From: Octopus sinensis
Lineage: Eukaryota
Length of the DNA stretch: 64,000 nucleotides
Assembly: GCF_006345805.1 (NCBI RefSeq)
Contig: NC_042997.1
Span: forward strand, 175,894,001-175,958,000
Direction of reading: 5' to 3'
In this document: piece after piece, positions 36,974-50,003 of the stretch
Layout: the number at the start of each line of letters is the position of its first letter
How positions within the stretch are numbered: the first letter of the stretch is position 1
Program-made: the position numbers and the translations under genes
The notes under the pieces: model-generated
Seen by the model: only the letters and a program-made list of their open reading frames with translations
Databases searched by the model: none
Told to the model about the DNA's origin: nothing

Positions 36974-37166
36974 GCTCTTTTACTTGTTTCAGTAATTTGA
37001 CTGTGGCCATGCTGGAGCACCACCTTTAGTTGAGTAAATCGACCCCAGGACTTATTCTTTGGAAGTCTAGTACTTACTCTATTGGTCTCTTTTGCCAAAT
37101 CACTAAGTTACGGGGATGTAATCACACCAGCATCGCTTGTCATGTGATACTGGGGGAGGGGGACAA

Positions 37167-37215
<49 letters not shown>

Positions 37216-37372
37216 CGACGGGCTTCTTTCAGTTTCTGTCTACCAAATCCACTCACAAGGCTTTGGTCGGTCCAAGGCTATAGTAGAAGACACCCAAGGT
37301 TCCACGCAGTGGGACTGAACCCAGAACTGTGTGGTTCGTAAGCAAGCTACTTACCACACAGCCACTCCTACT
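36974..37372 (-). mobile_element. SINE family A
   Basis: Diagnostic blocks. Confidence 0.88.
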
Positions 37373-37746
37373 CTTGCTTTCTAGTTTATTTGTGTACCAG
37401 TTAAAATTTATGAGCCCATTCGTAAATGTAGGAGTTTTCTTAATGGGTTGTCATAATAACTGTCAGTAACCAAAGCAACAACAGCATTGGCACATACAGC
37501 TAATTGTGTAACTGACTTATGATATATGGGACATGGTATTTATAACATTAAATAAAATACCTACGCATGATCAATCATTTGGTAGAAAAGGAGTCATTTG
37601 ACAAAGATAATGGGAAATAATATACAATTAGTGTGTATGTGTGTGTGTGTGTAATCGACATATAAGAATTTATAAACTTTTGAGAGAACTTGGAATAATT
37701 CTTTTTTTTTTCCTATCCACAAGGAATTTTCAACTCAGTATTTATA

Positions 37747-38161
37747 GGCAGCGAGCTGGCAGAAATGTTAGCACGCTGGGCGAAATGCTTAGCAGTATTT
37801 TGTCTGCCGCTACGTTCTGAGTTCAAATTCCGCCGAGGTCGACTTTGCCTTTCATCCTTTCGGGGTCGATAAATTAAGTCCCAGTTACACACTGGGGTCG
37901 ATGTAATTGACTTAATCCATTTGTCTGTCCTTGTTTGTCTCCTCTGTGTTTAGCCCCTTGTGGGTAGTAAAGAAATAAGTATTTCATCTGTCTCTACATT
38001 TTGAGTTCAAATTCCCCCGAGGTCGACTTTGCCTTTCATCCTTTCGGGGTCAATAACTTAAGTACCAGTTACACACTGGGGTCGATGTAATCGACTTAAT
38101 CCATTTGTCTGTCCTTGTTTGTCCCCTCTGTGTTTAGCCCTTTGTGGTTAGTAAAGAAGTA
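37747..38161 (+). mobile_element. SINE family C, head-to-tail dimer (full plus 5'-truncated copy) inside one TSD pair
   Basis: GGCAGCGAGCTGGCAGAAATGTTAGCAC head, GAGTTCAAATTCC B-box, GTCGACTTTGCCTTTCATCC; AGTATTTATA at 37737 and 38162. Confidence 0.85.
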
Positions 38162-38599
38162 AGTATTTATAGGCTGCTATTTATAAGCTTTATGCATGCT
38201 TTGGGATCCAGTTCCCAAAAAAAGAAGTGTGCGTGTGTGTGTACATACATACACACACACACACTGCCAAGGATATTTGAGGACACTTAATCAATATATT
38301 ACCCCCTTTAAACCAATTAAAAGGTTTTTATTTCTTTCTGATCCCTCATGGTAGACAAACTACTAACACAAATGAAGATATGCAGTCATTGTTGCCACAT
38401 GTGTGATTTAGAAATTGCTAACTTTCTAAATGTTGCAAGATCTTTTGTACACAAAATTCAGATAGAATTAGAAGACTGGAAATGCATCAACTGTATCAAT
38501 GAGGGGAAAAAAAAAACATTCTAAATGTTTGGATACTATAATGACCCTGCAATTCCTCCACTAGCTTCAAAACATTATCAGGGATGACCCCAGAAAATT

Positions 38600-38952
38600 A
38601 CTGGGGGCAAGTGTCTTCTATTATAGACTTGGGCTGACCAAAGCCTTGTGAGTGGATTTGGTAGACGGAAACTGAAAGAACCCGTCGTATATGTGTGTGT
38701 GTGTATATATATATATATATGTGTGTATGTGTGTGTATACATTTGTGTGTTTGTGTTTGTCCCCCCAACATTGCTTGACAACCGATGCTGGTGTGTTTAC
38801 GTCCTCGTAACTTAGTGGTTCAGCAAAAGAGGCCAATAGAATAAGTACTAGGCTTACAAAGAATAAGTCCTGGGGTCGATTTGCTCGACTAAAGGCGGTG
38901 CTCCAGCATGGCCACAGTCAAATGACTGAAACAAGTTAAAGAGTAAAAGAGA
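38600..38952 (+). mobile_element. SINE family A, 5'-truncated
   Basis: Begins at GGGCAAGTGTCTT. Confidence 0.88.
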
Positions 38953-38959
38953 GAGAGGA

Positions 38960-39420
38960 AAACCATTTGATCCATGTCAAGCAGTTCCTTGACAAAGCTA
39001 AAAACCGTCACAGACAGTTAGTGTGCATCACTGTGGACATCAGAAGGATCTGCACATAAGTTTCCAGCAACTGTGATGGTTTTAGAAGTGGTGAGGAATG
39101 AAGGTCATGTCATGCCACCTCACATCTTTCCACAGGATTTTAGAATTAATGTTACTGGCATGATGAGGTGCTGGAGACAATTGGTAAGTCCTGGATGGAT
39201 CAAGTACACAGTAGAAGGCCAGTCATGTTTCAATAAAACTCAACACCTACTCGCATAGAAGATGTGTCCCAAGAATGGATGTCAGACAATCTTTATTGTA
39301 GCACCAAACTTGTGGCCTCCAAACTCACCAGATTTAAATTCCTTGGAATAGTGTCAAAAAGATAAATTGACATCCTTACAATACCATAGATTTTGTGAAA
39401 GCTGCTATTGTCCAGAATTG
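38960..39420 (+). pseudogene. Tc1/mariner transposase remnant, probably maT (DD37D)-like
   Basis: KFPATVMVLEVVRNEGHVMPPHIF, then after frameshifts EWMSDNL and LWPPNSPDLNSL. Confidence 0.8.
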
Positions 39421-39537
39421 GACTATAACACAACATACACACAACATAACACAATGTACACAACATAGCCCCCTTCCTTCTTCATCCCTTCTTACAGACT
39501 ATATATAATCTACTAGATTTTGTTTGCTACCTTTCAG

Positions 39538-39566
39538 TTACTATGGAATTTCTGTATTCACTACTG
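39538..39566 (+). CDS. Candidate 29-nt exon (xYYGISVFTT)
   Basis: Acceptor TTTGTTTGCTACCTTTCAG, donor CTG/GTATGT; phase joins 40140. Confidence 0.35.
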
Positions 39567-39659
39567 GTATGTGCTTACCTGTATATTTTTATATTGGAAC
39601 TATACCATTGAAACCATAATAATTGTTTCATCCTGGTATTCATTTCTAGAAAGTTGTCT

Positions 39660-40055
39660 GTGTATATACACACACACACACACACACATTTATTATATAT
39701 ATATATACACACATATGCACACACACACATATATACACGCATACATACACACATGTATACATACACGCATACACACACATACACACATACATACACACAT
39801 ACATACACACACATACATACGTACACATACATACACACATACACACACATACATATACACACACATATTCATATACATACACACATGTACATACACACAC
39901 ACACATATACACACGCACATACACATATACACACGCACATATGCACACGCACATACACACACACATACACACGCACATATACACATGCACATATACACAC
40001 GCACATATACACACACACATATACACACACACATATATGCACATGCATATATAAT
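39660..40055. repeat. Compound (CA)/(CATA)/(TA) microsatellite
   Basis: Direct inspection. Confidence 0.97.
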
Positions 40056-40139
40056 CTAGGTTGCTATGTGTAATTATTGTTTTCTCTGAGCATATGTGTG
40101 CATTCATGTGAATAATTGATTCACTGAGGTCACTTATAG

Positions 40140-40236
40140 AGGAAGACAAAAGGAAGACTCAACAAGATATTGAAGATATTGAAGATGAGACTGTTGATGC
40201 TTACACATATGATCCACAACTGAGATGCAGGGAGAG
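40140..40236 (+). CDS. Candidate exon (xEDKRKTQQDIEDIEDETVDAYTYDPQLRCRE), acidic
   Basis: Acceptor CACTTATAG, donor GAG/GTAATG, only one frame open across the exon, protein-like composition. Confidence 0.45.
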
Positions 40237-40645
40237 GTAATGGAAACTAGATGCATTCAGTTGATACCAGAATAGGTAGGAAAGGTGTATGTAATGGAAG
40301 GACAATGAAATTAGGGATTTATAGTTATTAGTTTGATTTTCAGATTGATTCTCCCTTGTATGTTTTCAGGAAATCATAGTGTATCACCTGTGATATAGAA
40401 AGTAAAAGATAAATGTATTACTCTTTTACTTGTTTCAGTCATTTGACTGTAGCCATGCTGGAGCACCGCCTTTAATCGAACAAATCGACCCCAGGACTTA
40501 TTCTTTGTAAGCCTAGTGCTTATTCTATCGGTCTCTTTTGCCGAACCGCTAAGTTACAAGGATGTAAACACATCAGCATTGGTTGTCAAGTGATGTTGGT
40601 GGGTGGGGGAGACAAATACAGAAACACATACACACACACACACAC

Positions 40646-40715
<70 letters not shown>

Positions 40716-41023
40716 AGATAAGAAAATGGAGAAATACATCTAAATCAAATATCAATTGCCAGATAATACTCAATCACATACTTTATTAAACCACCACATA
40801 AGAGACTGTAGGGTTAAATATAAAAGGTTTAATAAAGTATTAGTAATTTGTGGTAAATCATTTTACCTTTGCCCATATAATACAGTAAATGAATTGATTG
40901 CATCGCAATCATTAACATTTATGTATTAACTTTGTTGGGTACTTCACTAGCAGTATATTGGATATACGTTATCCCATAGAGGGTTGCATTTACAACCCCT
41001 ATCTCAATTTGTATATATATATA

Positions 41024-41209
41024 TGACCTGGCGTGTACCGTTGGCGATTTTTTTTCCTCTGTCTTCCCTTCTCTGGATCTTTCCTTCTATGTTTCCGATG
41101 AAGAGCTCTGCTCGAAACGTTAAATCCTCCCTCTTTCCTTAGCGTCTAATAATACTATATATGTTTCACGTCCTCGCGTTGTGTTTTTTTTGTGCTTTCT
41201 TGTTTGGAT

Positions 41210-41213
<4 letters not shown>
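41024..41213 (+). mobile_element. Short (~190 bp) hammerhead-bearing repeat (Penelope pLTR/retrozyme-like), copy 1
   Basis: About 80% similar to 50004-50188; ends TTTGGATTAAC-(TA)n. Confidence 0.7.
41091..41125 (+). ncRNA. Putative minimal type I hammerhead ribozyme (CCGAUGA core variant)
   Basis: GUUU-CCGAUGA-A-GAG-CUCUG-CUC-GAAA-CGU-U-AAAU. Confidence 0.5.
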
Positions 41214-41249
<36 letters not shown>

Positions 41250-41749
41250 TGCTTCTTTCAGTTTCCATCTACCAAATCCACTCACAAGGCTTTGGTTGGC
41301 TTGAGGCTATAGTAGAAGACACTTGCCCAAGGTGCCACGCAGTGGGACTGAACCCAGAACCATGTGGCCGGTAAGCAAGCTACTTACCACACGGCCACTC
41401 ATACGCTTATGTATGGAATCAGTTGATAATTCACTGATAACTCAGTTTCATGCATTTAAACTAATATATGTATGTTTGTTTGTTTGTGTGGTGGGTGTAA
41501 TGAGCATATTGTACACAATGCTCATGTGCACTGCAATTTGGAAAAGCTTAGAAGGCAACAGGAAGTGGCTATGTAGGTCAAATTAAGAAAGACAGCAATG
41601 AAAGCTTAAAGTACATCCACAGTACATCAAATAAAACAATATTTCCAGAAGTGGACATTAAAAGAGCCATGATTAGGACAGCAGAGTTCTTAGGAATAGC
41701 GTCAGCAAATTTCAGGAAGCACAAAACTTTTGAAGGATGGCATGTAAAA

Positions 41750-41925
41750 GCACCCACTACACTCTCGGAGTGGTTGGCATTAGGAAGGGCATCCAGCTGT
41801 AGAAATTCTGCTAGATCAGATTGGAGTCTGGTGCAGCCATCTGGTTCACCAGACCATAGTCAAATCGTCCAACCCATGCTAGCATGGAAAGCGGACATTA
41901 ATGATGATGATGATGATGATGAATG
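41750..41925 (+). mobile_element. SINE family D 3' part with (GAT)n tail
   Basis: CCAACCCATGCTAGCATGGAAAGCGGACATTAATGATGATGATG. Confidence 0.85.
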
Positions 41926-42676
41926 TCCTGAAAGCTGCAACTGACAGGAATAGTTTATTCCACGCTTCAACAATTCTAAGCATGAAAGAATGTTTTCAAA
42001 GGTCATGCCTGTTTTTTTTTTTCCATCTTATAAGCATGTCTATGAGTGGTAGGCATTGCATTAAAACAAGTGGCTAAAGTTGTTGTAAAGATGGTGAGTA
42101 GTTTTGTGGGTTTCTAATAAGTCAACTGCTAGACAATGAAACTTTAGTGTGACAATGCCAGAGAAACATTATGTCCATGAATTAGTAAAGTGACTGGTAG
42201 AGTGTAATTTGTCTGGTTACACATTTCTGGATAACTTTCAGTAGATTGATATTCTGAACAAGATGTTGGATCCAGACTAGTGATGCAAACTGTAAGTGTG
42301 AGCGTACCAAATAATAATAATAATAATAATGAAATTATTGTATACAGTGCTCAAGTGCACCACAACTTGTCAAAAGTGCTTATAAAGCATATGCAGTAAT
42401 GTACAAATGTCTGGAAAGTGAACAGTGTATGAGTCAGATACATGCTGGCGTGTATATGGAGGGGAGAAAATCAGGTGTAGTGTTGGTGAATCTCAGGAAG
42501 CATGGAAGTTTTGAAGGATGCAGTGCTCAGTTTTAAATAGATAGTTGGTGAGCAGCTGACAAAGGTCTTATTGAGTGCTGATGCTAAGACACTTTCAGCC
42601 TTTTTGACAATTTTAGAAATGTGGTTTGTTTGATGCAGACCATTGACAATAATGACCAGCTCACATTCCCCTGCAG

Positions 42677-42705
42677 ATATCTTAAGGTTGGTATGAAAGC
42701 AGCAG
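42677..42705 (+). CDS. Candidate 29-nt exon (xYLKVGMKAA)
   Basis: Acceptor ATTCCCCTGCAG, donor CAG/GTAAAT; phase joins 40236. Confidence 0.4.
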
Positions 42706-43175
42706 GTAAATTCTAGAAATGATTGAAGCTATATCCAAACTGAAAAACTCCAGTTATTAAAACAGTAATATTTCCTAAATGGAAATCAGAGATAATGTCT
42801 AACTGCTGTCATTGGAGAAACTTCTTGGATAGCTTCTATAAGCCTAAAAAAAACTAAAGTGCCTATAATTTACATCTACAGCCATCAGATTTTGCAAACA
42901 TTATATTGTAGTTTCCCTTTGCTAAGTACAAATCTGGACTTGATAGCTTCCCTTACACAACACGAGTCTGGTCAAAACTATTTCTGAATTGCAATATATT
43001 TGATCATATGACATACGTTCAACTATTGAAAATTAGCCTAACTGATTCATTGGGAACTTAGCTTCATCAGTACACCATATATTGTCTAGCTGAGTGTACT
43101 TGTCCCATATATGCATTAAATTCTGAGTAACTGAATGGCTCATCAACTAATTTTCAGTAAATCTAAACTATACTT

Positions 43176-43562
43176 TCTTTTCTTTTACTTGTTTCAGTCA
43201 TTTGATTGCGGCCGTGCTGGAGCACCACCTTTTAGTCAAGCAAATAGACCCCAGGGCTTATTTTTTGTAAGCCTAGTAGTACTTATTCTATTGGTCTCTT
43301 TTGCCGAACCACTAAGTTACGGGGATGTAAACACACCAGCATCGGTTGTCAAGCGATGTTGGAGGAACAAACACACACACACATACATATACATATATAT
43401 GACGGGCTTCTTTCAGTTTCCATCTACCAAATCCACTCACATGGCTTTGTTGGCCCGTGGCTATAGTAGAAGACATATGCCCAAGGTGCCACGCAGTGGG
43501 ACTGAACCCAGAACCATGTGGTTGGTAAGCAAGCTACTTACCACACAGCCACTCCTGCGTCT
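43176..43562 (-). mobile_element. SINE family A
   Basis: Diagnostic blocks; source of the 192-aa artefact ORF. Confidence 0.9.
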
Positions 43563-44159
43563 ACTTGTTTTTATTTGTAAACATATCTGTATGTGGAACA
43601 ATAAGCATATTCACACCCATGATATATCTGTAAAAATGTCACTTTGTTTCATTATACAGTTTAGTTCCCCAATTAGTCATTTCAACTATTGTACATACAC
43701 TGTAAAACAATGAGAGAGATGACTGTGTGGGTGTAAGGTTAGTGGGTTGTCAGGATCAGAAGGACATTCTACAAATGCCTTCAATATTTAGTTCTGATCT
43801 TTTGCACTTGGAGTTTGATTATACCCTTCATTATATTTATAAAACAAGTATCAGTTAAAAACTCGAATGATTTAATTATCTATTCCCACTTTGCCAAATT
43901 TTGGCCCTGTTCCAAAGTAAGAAATTATATTTATTTTCTTTCACTTGTTTCAGACATTAGATTGCAGTCATGCTGGGGCCCTGCCTTGAAGAACTTTTAG
44001 TCAAATGAATTGATCCCAGTACTTATTTTTTGTTAAACCTGGTACATTATTCTATTGGTCTCTTTTTGCTGAATCACTAAGTTATATGGATATAAACATA
44101 CTAACATTGGTTATCTAGTGGTGGTAGGGGATAAACACACACACCCATGTGTGTGTATG

Positions 44160-44239
<80 letters not shown>

Positions 44240-44241
<2 letters not shown>

Positions 44242-44427
44242 TCTTTTACTTGTTTCAGTCATTTGACTGCAGCCATACTGGGGCACCACCTTTAGTCGAG
44301 CAAATCGACCCCAGGACTTATTCTTTGTAACCCTAGTACTTATTCTATCGGTCTCTTTTGCTGAACCGCTAATTTACAACCATGTAAACACACCAGCATC
44401 GGTTGTCAAGCGATGTTGGGGGGACAA

Positions 44428-44470
<43 letters not shown>

Positions 44471-44636
44471 TACGACGGGCTTCTTTCAGTTTCCATCTAC
44501 CAAATCCACTCACAAGGCTTTGGTCAGCCCGAGGCTATAGTAGAAGACACTTGCCCAAGGTGCCATGCAGTGGGACTGAACCCAGAACCATGTGGTTGGT
44601 AAGCAAGCTACTTACCACACAGCCACTCCTGCACCT
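44240..44636 (-). mobile_element. SINE family A, flanked by older fragments of the same family
   Basis: Diagnostic blocks. Confidence 0.88.
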
Positions 44637-45589
44637 ATATACACACACACACGGACTTCTTTCAATTTCTATCTCCCAAATCTACTCACAAGGCTTTGGT
44701 CAGCTTGAGACTATAGTAGCAGACACTTGCCCTAGGTGCCGCTCAGCGGGACATGAACCCTGGGACCATGTGATGGGGAGCGAGCTTCTTACCACACAGC
44801 CATGCCTATATAACACACACACACACATAATATATACATTCACACAAGAAGCCACACTCATGCATGTTGTGTACATACACACACAGAGGGATACATTAGT
44901 AAACTTTTTTTTAAATTTGAAAGAACTATTATTTGAACCAATACATTTATTATGAAAATGAATATTCAAGATTGTAAAGATTTTATTTGTATCTGCCTGC
45001 ATATCTTCTTGTCATAATATCAAAAATAATTGATTTTTTGCTTTTGCAATCATCCTACTCATCTTCATCTCTCTCACTCATGCACAAAAAAATAAAATGA
45101 TCGGGAGGAAAAAAACTGTTTATGATTGGTATTAGCTTTTCATAAACAACTTGCTCTAAGGACAGAATAATTTAATTTTTGTTGAAAACAGGGTATACAT
45201 TAGAATATTTCAGCATACAGCTATGCTTTAAACATAATTTTATCTATTCAACTTTTTACAGAATTTTGTTGTTTTTTTTGTAACTTTTTTTTTTAAGGAA
45301 TTTAACCTGAAGATAGGAAGAAACATTTAAACATCAGAAATGTTTAGATTTATGTTTTTTTGCCAAAATTTAAAATGAATATTTTTTTCATATATATATA
45401 TATATATATTATTGTATTCATTGGGCATAGGCTGTGGCTCTGTGAGTGAAAAAGTTCACTTTGTATCTACATGGTTCTGGGTTTGGTCCCACTGCACACT
45501 ACTTTGGGCAAATAATCATCTTCTACCATTATTTCATATCAACCAGTCTTATGAGTGAAATTTAGTTGACTGAAATTGTGCAAAATCTC

Positions 45590-46015
45590 ATCAAATCTCC
45601 CTCTTCCCTTTCCCTCTCCATCTCTCCAGCTCCCACCCTCTATCTTTCATTCTCTCCCTCTCTTTCTCTCGTGCTCTCTCTCCGTACTCTCTCTCCCTCC
45701 CTCTCTCTCACGCCTTTTCTTCCTCCCTCTCTCTCGTGCCCTTTCTCCCTCCCTCCCTCTTTCTCGCGCCCTTTCTCCCTCTCTTCCTCTCGTGCCCTTT
45801 CTCCCTCTCTTCCTCTTGCGCCCTTTCTCCCTTTCTTCCTCTCATGCTCTTTCTTCCTCTTTCTCTCCCTTTCTTTCTCTCATGCTCTCTTTCTCCCTTT
45901 TTTCTCTCTCTCTCTCTCTTTCTCCCTCTTTTTCTCTCGTGCTCTCTCCCTCTCATTGTCTCACGCTCTCTCTCATTCTCTCACGCTCTCTCTCTCTTTC
46001 TCTCATGCTCTCTAT
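45590..46015. repeat. Long CT-rich polypyrimidine low-complexity tract
   Basis: Direct inspection. Confidence 0.95.
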
Positions 46016-46127
46016 ATATAACCTATCCCAGCATGGAAAAACAGACATTAAATGACGATGATGCTAATATATATATATATATATATATACATACACACAC
46101 ACACACATGCACACAAAGCATATATAT

Positions 46128-46162
<35 letters not shown>

Positions 46163-46721
46163 CATACACACACACATGCACACAAAGCATATATATATAT
46201 ATATATTAATATATGCAACCCTGTATATACAGAATTGTGCCTGTCCATTGTGTGCATGTGTAAAGTAAAATAACAAAGACAGACAGCTTCTTACATCATC
46301 ATGTAATGTCCATCTTCCATGCATGCATGGGTAGCATGGTTCACAGGAACTGGCCAGGCAGAAAAACTACCTTATGCTACTGTGTCTGTTTAGGCAGGGT
46401 TTTCATGGCTGGATGCACTTGCTAACACCAAGCATTAGCCCATCATTGGAAATGAAAGGAGTAAAGAAACATGAGTCTATACTGATCTAGCCATGTTGAG
46501 TGTTGTGTTGGGCAATGATCCAGTAGTATTGGTTTAAGTGGTGGTGGCAGCCATGGCCACTACAATGGTTGCTACTGCAGTGTTGTAGCAACAGCCAAAA
46601 TGGTGCTAGTAGTGGTCATAGAAACCATAGTGGGACTGAAAGGACTTTGATAAACATAACTGATTGATTGATTAACCAAATGATCAATCAAACAATTGAT
46701 TAGTTAATTGACTAAATATTT

Positions 46722-46946
46722 AACCTATTTCTTTACTACCCACAAGGGACTACACACAGAGAGGACAAACAAGGACAGACAAAGGGAATAAGTCGATTAT
46801 ATCGACCCCAGTGCATAATTGGTACTTAATTTATCGACCCTGAAAGGATGAAAGGCAAAGTCGACCTCTGCGGAATTTGAACTCAGAACGTAACAGCAGA
46901 CGAAATATGGCTACGCATTTCGCCCAGTGTGCTAACGTTTCTGCCA
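46722..46946 (-). mobile_element. SINE family C
   Basis: Reverse complement of 37747-37976. Confidence 0.85.
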
Positions 46947-47842
46947 ACAACCGATTGATGAATAATAAAGAATATGAAATAGAATCAATTCATATGCTTA
47001 TTGGCTTAATGGCCTTCCTGAGATACAACAAAATAGTTATCTTTTTCTAGAGAATAATCTAGATTTTTTAACCTTGTTCTTTTCATTGCAAAAGTTCTAG
47101 CTCTTGGTTTGATAAACTGTTTGTAAATGGTATGTAATCTAAAGATGTCATTATTCCTTCACATTGCAACAAATGTCTTTTATATTTTACTTGTTTCAGT
47201 CATTGGACTCTAGCCATTCTGGGATAGCCCCCTCCCCACCTTCCCATAAAGAGTTTAGTCAAATGACTCGACCCCAGTGATTATTTTTAAGTCTGGTACT
47301 TATTCTATCAAACCCTTTTGCTAAACTGCAAAGTTACAGGGACTTAAACAAATAACGCAGTGGGAAAGGAGACAAGCACAAACACACATAATAGCTCTCC
47401 ACACAGTTTCTGTCTACCAGATTCACTTACAAGGCACTGGTTGACCTGAAGCAATAGATCAATTGATGACACTTGCCCAAGATGATGTGCAGTGGAACTG
47501 AATCTGAAACTACATGGTTACAAAGCAAACTTCTTCACCATACAGTGATACTGGTGTTTATAGTAAAACAAAACCATGACGTAATCTGAAGTTCATATTT
47601 GTGTTATTTTGAAAGGTCCAAGTAGCCACATGCTTTACTCCATTGTCTTGAGGATGACCCATCTGTATAACTGACTTGGTTTTTAAAACAACTGATTGTT
47701 TAATGTTGTCATGGTACTCTTTTGCCTCTTCATTATTGGATGATAGTAAATAAATTAGAAAATTAATGTAAGTAATTTTTAAGATCCCTTTCATTAATAT
47801 TTATCATTCTCATGAATAGATAAATGATTGTCATTTCATATA

Positions 47843-48572
47843 CCATAAATCCTCGAGTATAGTCCGCCCTTGAGTATAATACGCAGGGGATTTTTAGGGG
47901 GTTGTACCTCTGAAAAACCTAAACCTTTTGTATAATACGCACCCCTTCTCTAACTTGAGACTTGCGTAATTAAGCCAGCAGCACTTAGTGGAACAAACAC
48001 TTCCACTCATGCGTAATACAATAATGATATTCTTAATTGTTATATGGGAATGTAAATATGTTTGCAAATTGTTTTTGTCACATGTTATTCTGTGTTCTGA
48101 ATATTTTTATTTTAATAAATGTTGCTTACTGCAAGTTATGGATGATTCTTTTATGACTTCATTGCTTTCAGGCTTAGCTTAAGGTATTTTCACGCCGGGC
48201 AAAATGCTAAGCGGTATTTCGTCTGCTGCTACGTTCTGAGTTCAAATTCCGCCGACGTCGACTTTGCTTTTCATTCTTTCGGAGTCGATTAAATAAGTAC
48301 CAGTTACGCACTGGGGTCGATGTAATCGACTTAATCGTTTGTCTGTCCTTGTTTGTCCCCACTGTATTTAGCCCCTTGTGGGTAGTAAAGAAATAGGTAT
48401 TTTCGCGCCCGACAACACAAAATGCGTCTGAATAAACATTGCCAGACAGCAAATAGACTCGGACATTGCTTAGAAAATATTTTTCATTTTTAACCTCGTA
48501 TATAGTATGCACTAGGGATTTTGACCTTTTAATTTTGGGGAAAAAGTGCAGATTATACTTGAAGATTTACGG
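47843..48572. mobile_element. Tc2/pogo-like MITE, second copy, carrying a SINE C at 48191-48394
   Basis: TA-CCATAAATCCTCGAG ... GAAGATTTACGG-TA; SINE flanked by AGGTATTTT duplication, present once in the 36268 copy. Confidence 0.85.
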
Positions 48573-48979
48573 TAGCTCTTTCCTGAGGCTGCTGCTGTTT
48601 AACCCCAACTTGGCCCTAATCAAGCAGACTAAGTCATCAAGGATATTCCAGGCATCTTATTTATTTGAATACCAGTCTCTTTCTTATCTAATACGTCTTT
48701 CCAGTTTTGAAGATTTTATGGTGTGATTAGAAGGGAGAACTTGGCTGCTATTTATAGCAAGGCGAGCAACTCTGTAGAGGCTTCTTTGTTGGCGTATTTC
48801 AGTGTAGTCAAGTACAGATATTTTTTCTATCCTTCAAGCTGAAACTGTGTCAACAAACAAATAAGCAAATAAAACAAAAGCATGTTCAAACAAATCAAGC
48901 TATAAAAATCATTACATTAATGATTTTTGCATTAATGTATTTTGTCAGTTCAATTCTAAACTTTATATTTATGTATCTT

Positions 48980-49026
48980 TACAGGACACCAACAACAGAA
49001 ATCATTTGACATGATATGTTGCTATA
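48980..49026 (+). CDS. Candidate terminal exon (xHQQQKSFDMICCYR* in phase 1)
   Basis: Acceptor TATGTATCTTTACAG; all frames stop within 50 nt; AATAAA near 49066. Confidence 0.3.
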
Positions 49027-50003
49027 GATAAGTGTACTTGATAATATATCATCTAGGAAAAGGAAATAAATTTGTATCATCATCATCGTTTAATGTCTGT
49101 CTTCCATGCTAGCACGGGTGGGACAGTACAAGAGCTGGCCAGGCCAAAGCCTGCCCCAGGCTTCTGTGACTGTTTTGGCAGGACTTTTACAGATGGATGC
49201 CCTTCCTAACACCAACCACTCAGCCAATTGAACTTAGTGCTTTTTACATGGCACAGGCGAGGGGAGTAGTGCTTTTTACATGACACAAGCACAGGCAAGG
49301 TCAGTTTTGGCTGGATGTCCTTCCAGACACCAACCACTTTACAATGTGGACTGGGTGCTTTTAAGTGGCACCTGCACTAACAGGTCACCAAGTACTTGCA
49401 AGACATTAAAAAAAAAAAACTTTTAAAGGAGAGGAGGCATTAAAAGAGGTGATAATGAAAAAGTTATAGTGAGACAGATATAGGTGTCTTGCTGTAGAGA
49501 AAGTACAGAGTTACCTGGCTGGGGAGAGAAAGATCAGAAATGAAGACAGAAACAGGTATGCTACCACAAAGAAAATACACAGTTGCCCAACCTGAGGGAA
49601 GTGCAGGAGGAGAGAGATTGGAAGACAGCAGGATAGAGATAGTGGCAAAATGCCAGACATACTCACAAGGAACAGGGATCAGAATATAAATGAGATGGTT
49701 AAGTAAAGGAAAAGAGATATAGATGGTGGCAAGTGCCAAGGCATACCCTTGAGGTTCAAATGCCATAATATAAGTGGCAGGATATTGCGAAGGGAGTGTG
49801 ATTAAAGTGTGCGAGTAGGTGGTGAAAGACCTGGGTATATATAGAGTTGGAGGGGCTAGTGGATAGCAATGATACAGAGGAACAGGGGTGTGAGGACAGG
49901 ATTGGGGTATGAGAGCTAGGCATAGTGTATGGAGGAGGAAATATGAGAGAGAGATGTATAAATATATATAATATATAGATGTACATATATAAATTTGTAT
50001 ATG

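Larger units (their letters stand above)
40420..41402 (-). mobile_element. SINE family A split at its central (TA)n by ~550 bp of inserts
   Basis: 3' half 40420-40650, 5' half 41246-41402, (TA)n on both sides of the inserts. Confidence 0.75.

Noticed and set aside
39520-40149. Long His/Thr/Tyr and Cys/Val/Met ORFs (up to 179 aa)
   Set aside because: Translations of (CA)/(TA)/(CATA) microsatellite; the same applies to ORFs at 17986, 21832, 23641-24188, 40554-40789 and 46048-46324
43135-43713. 192-aa ORF and the recurring peptides FSFRLPNPLTRLWSARGYSRRHLPKVPR and YDRLLSVSVYQIHSQGFGRPEAIVEDTCPR
   Set aside because: Chance frames of SINE A; the frame changes with microsatellite length among copies
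45566-46209. Three 150-160 aa Ser/Leu/Pro/Phe ORFs
   Set aside because: CT low-complexity tract
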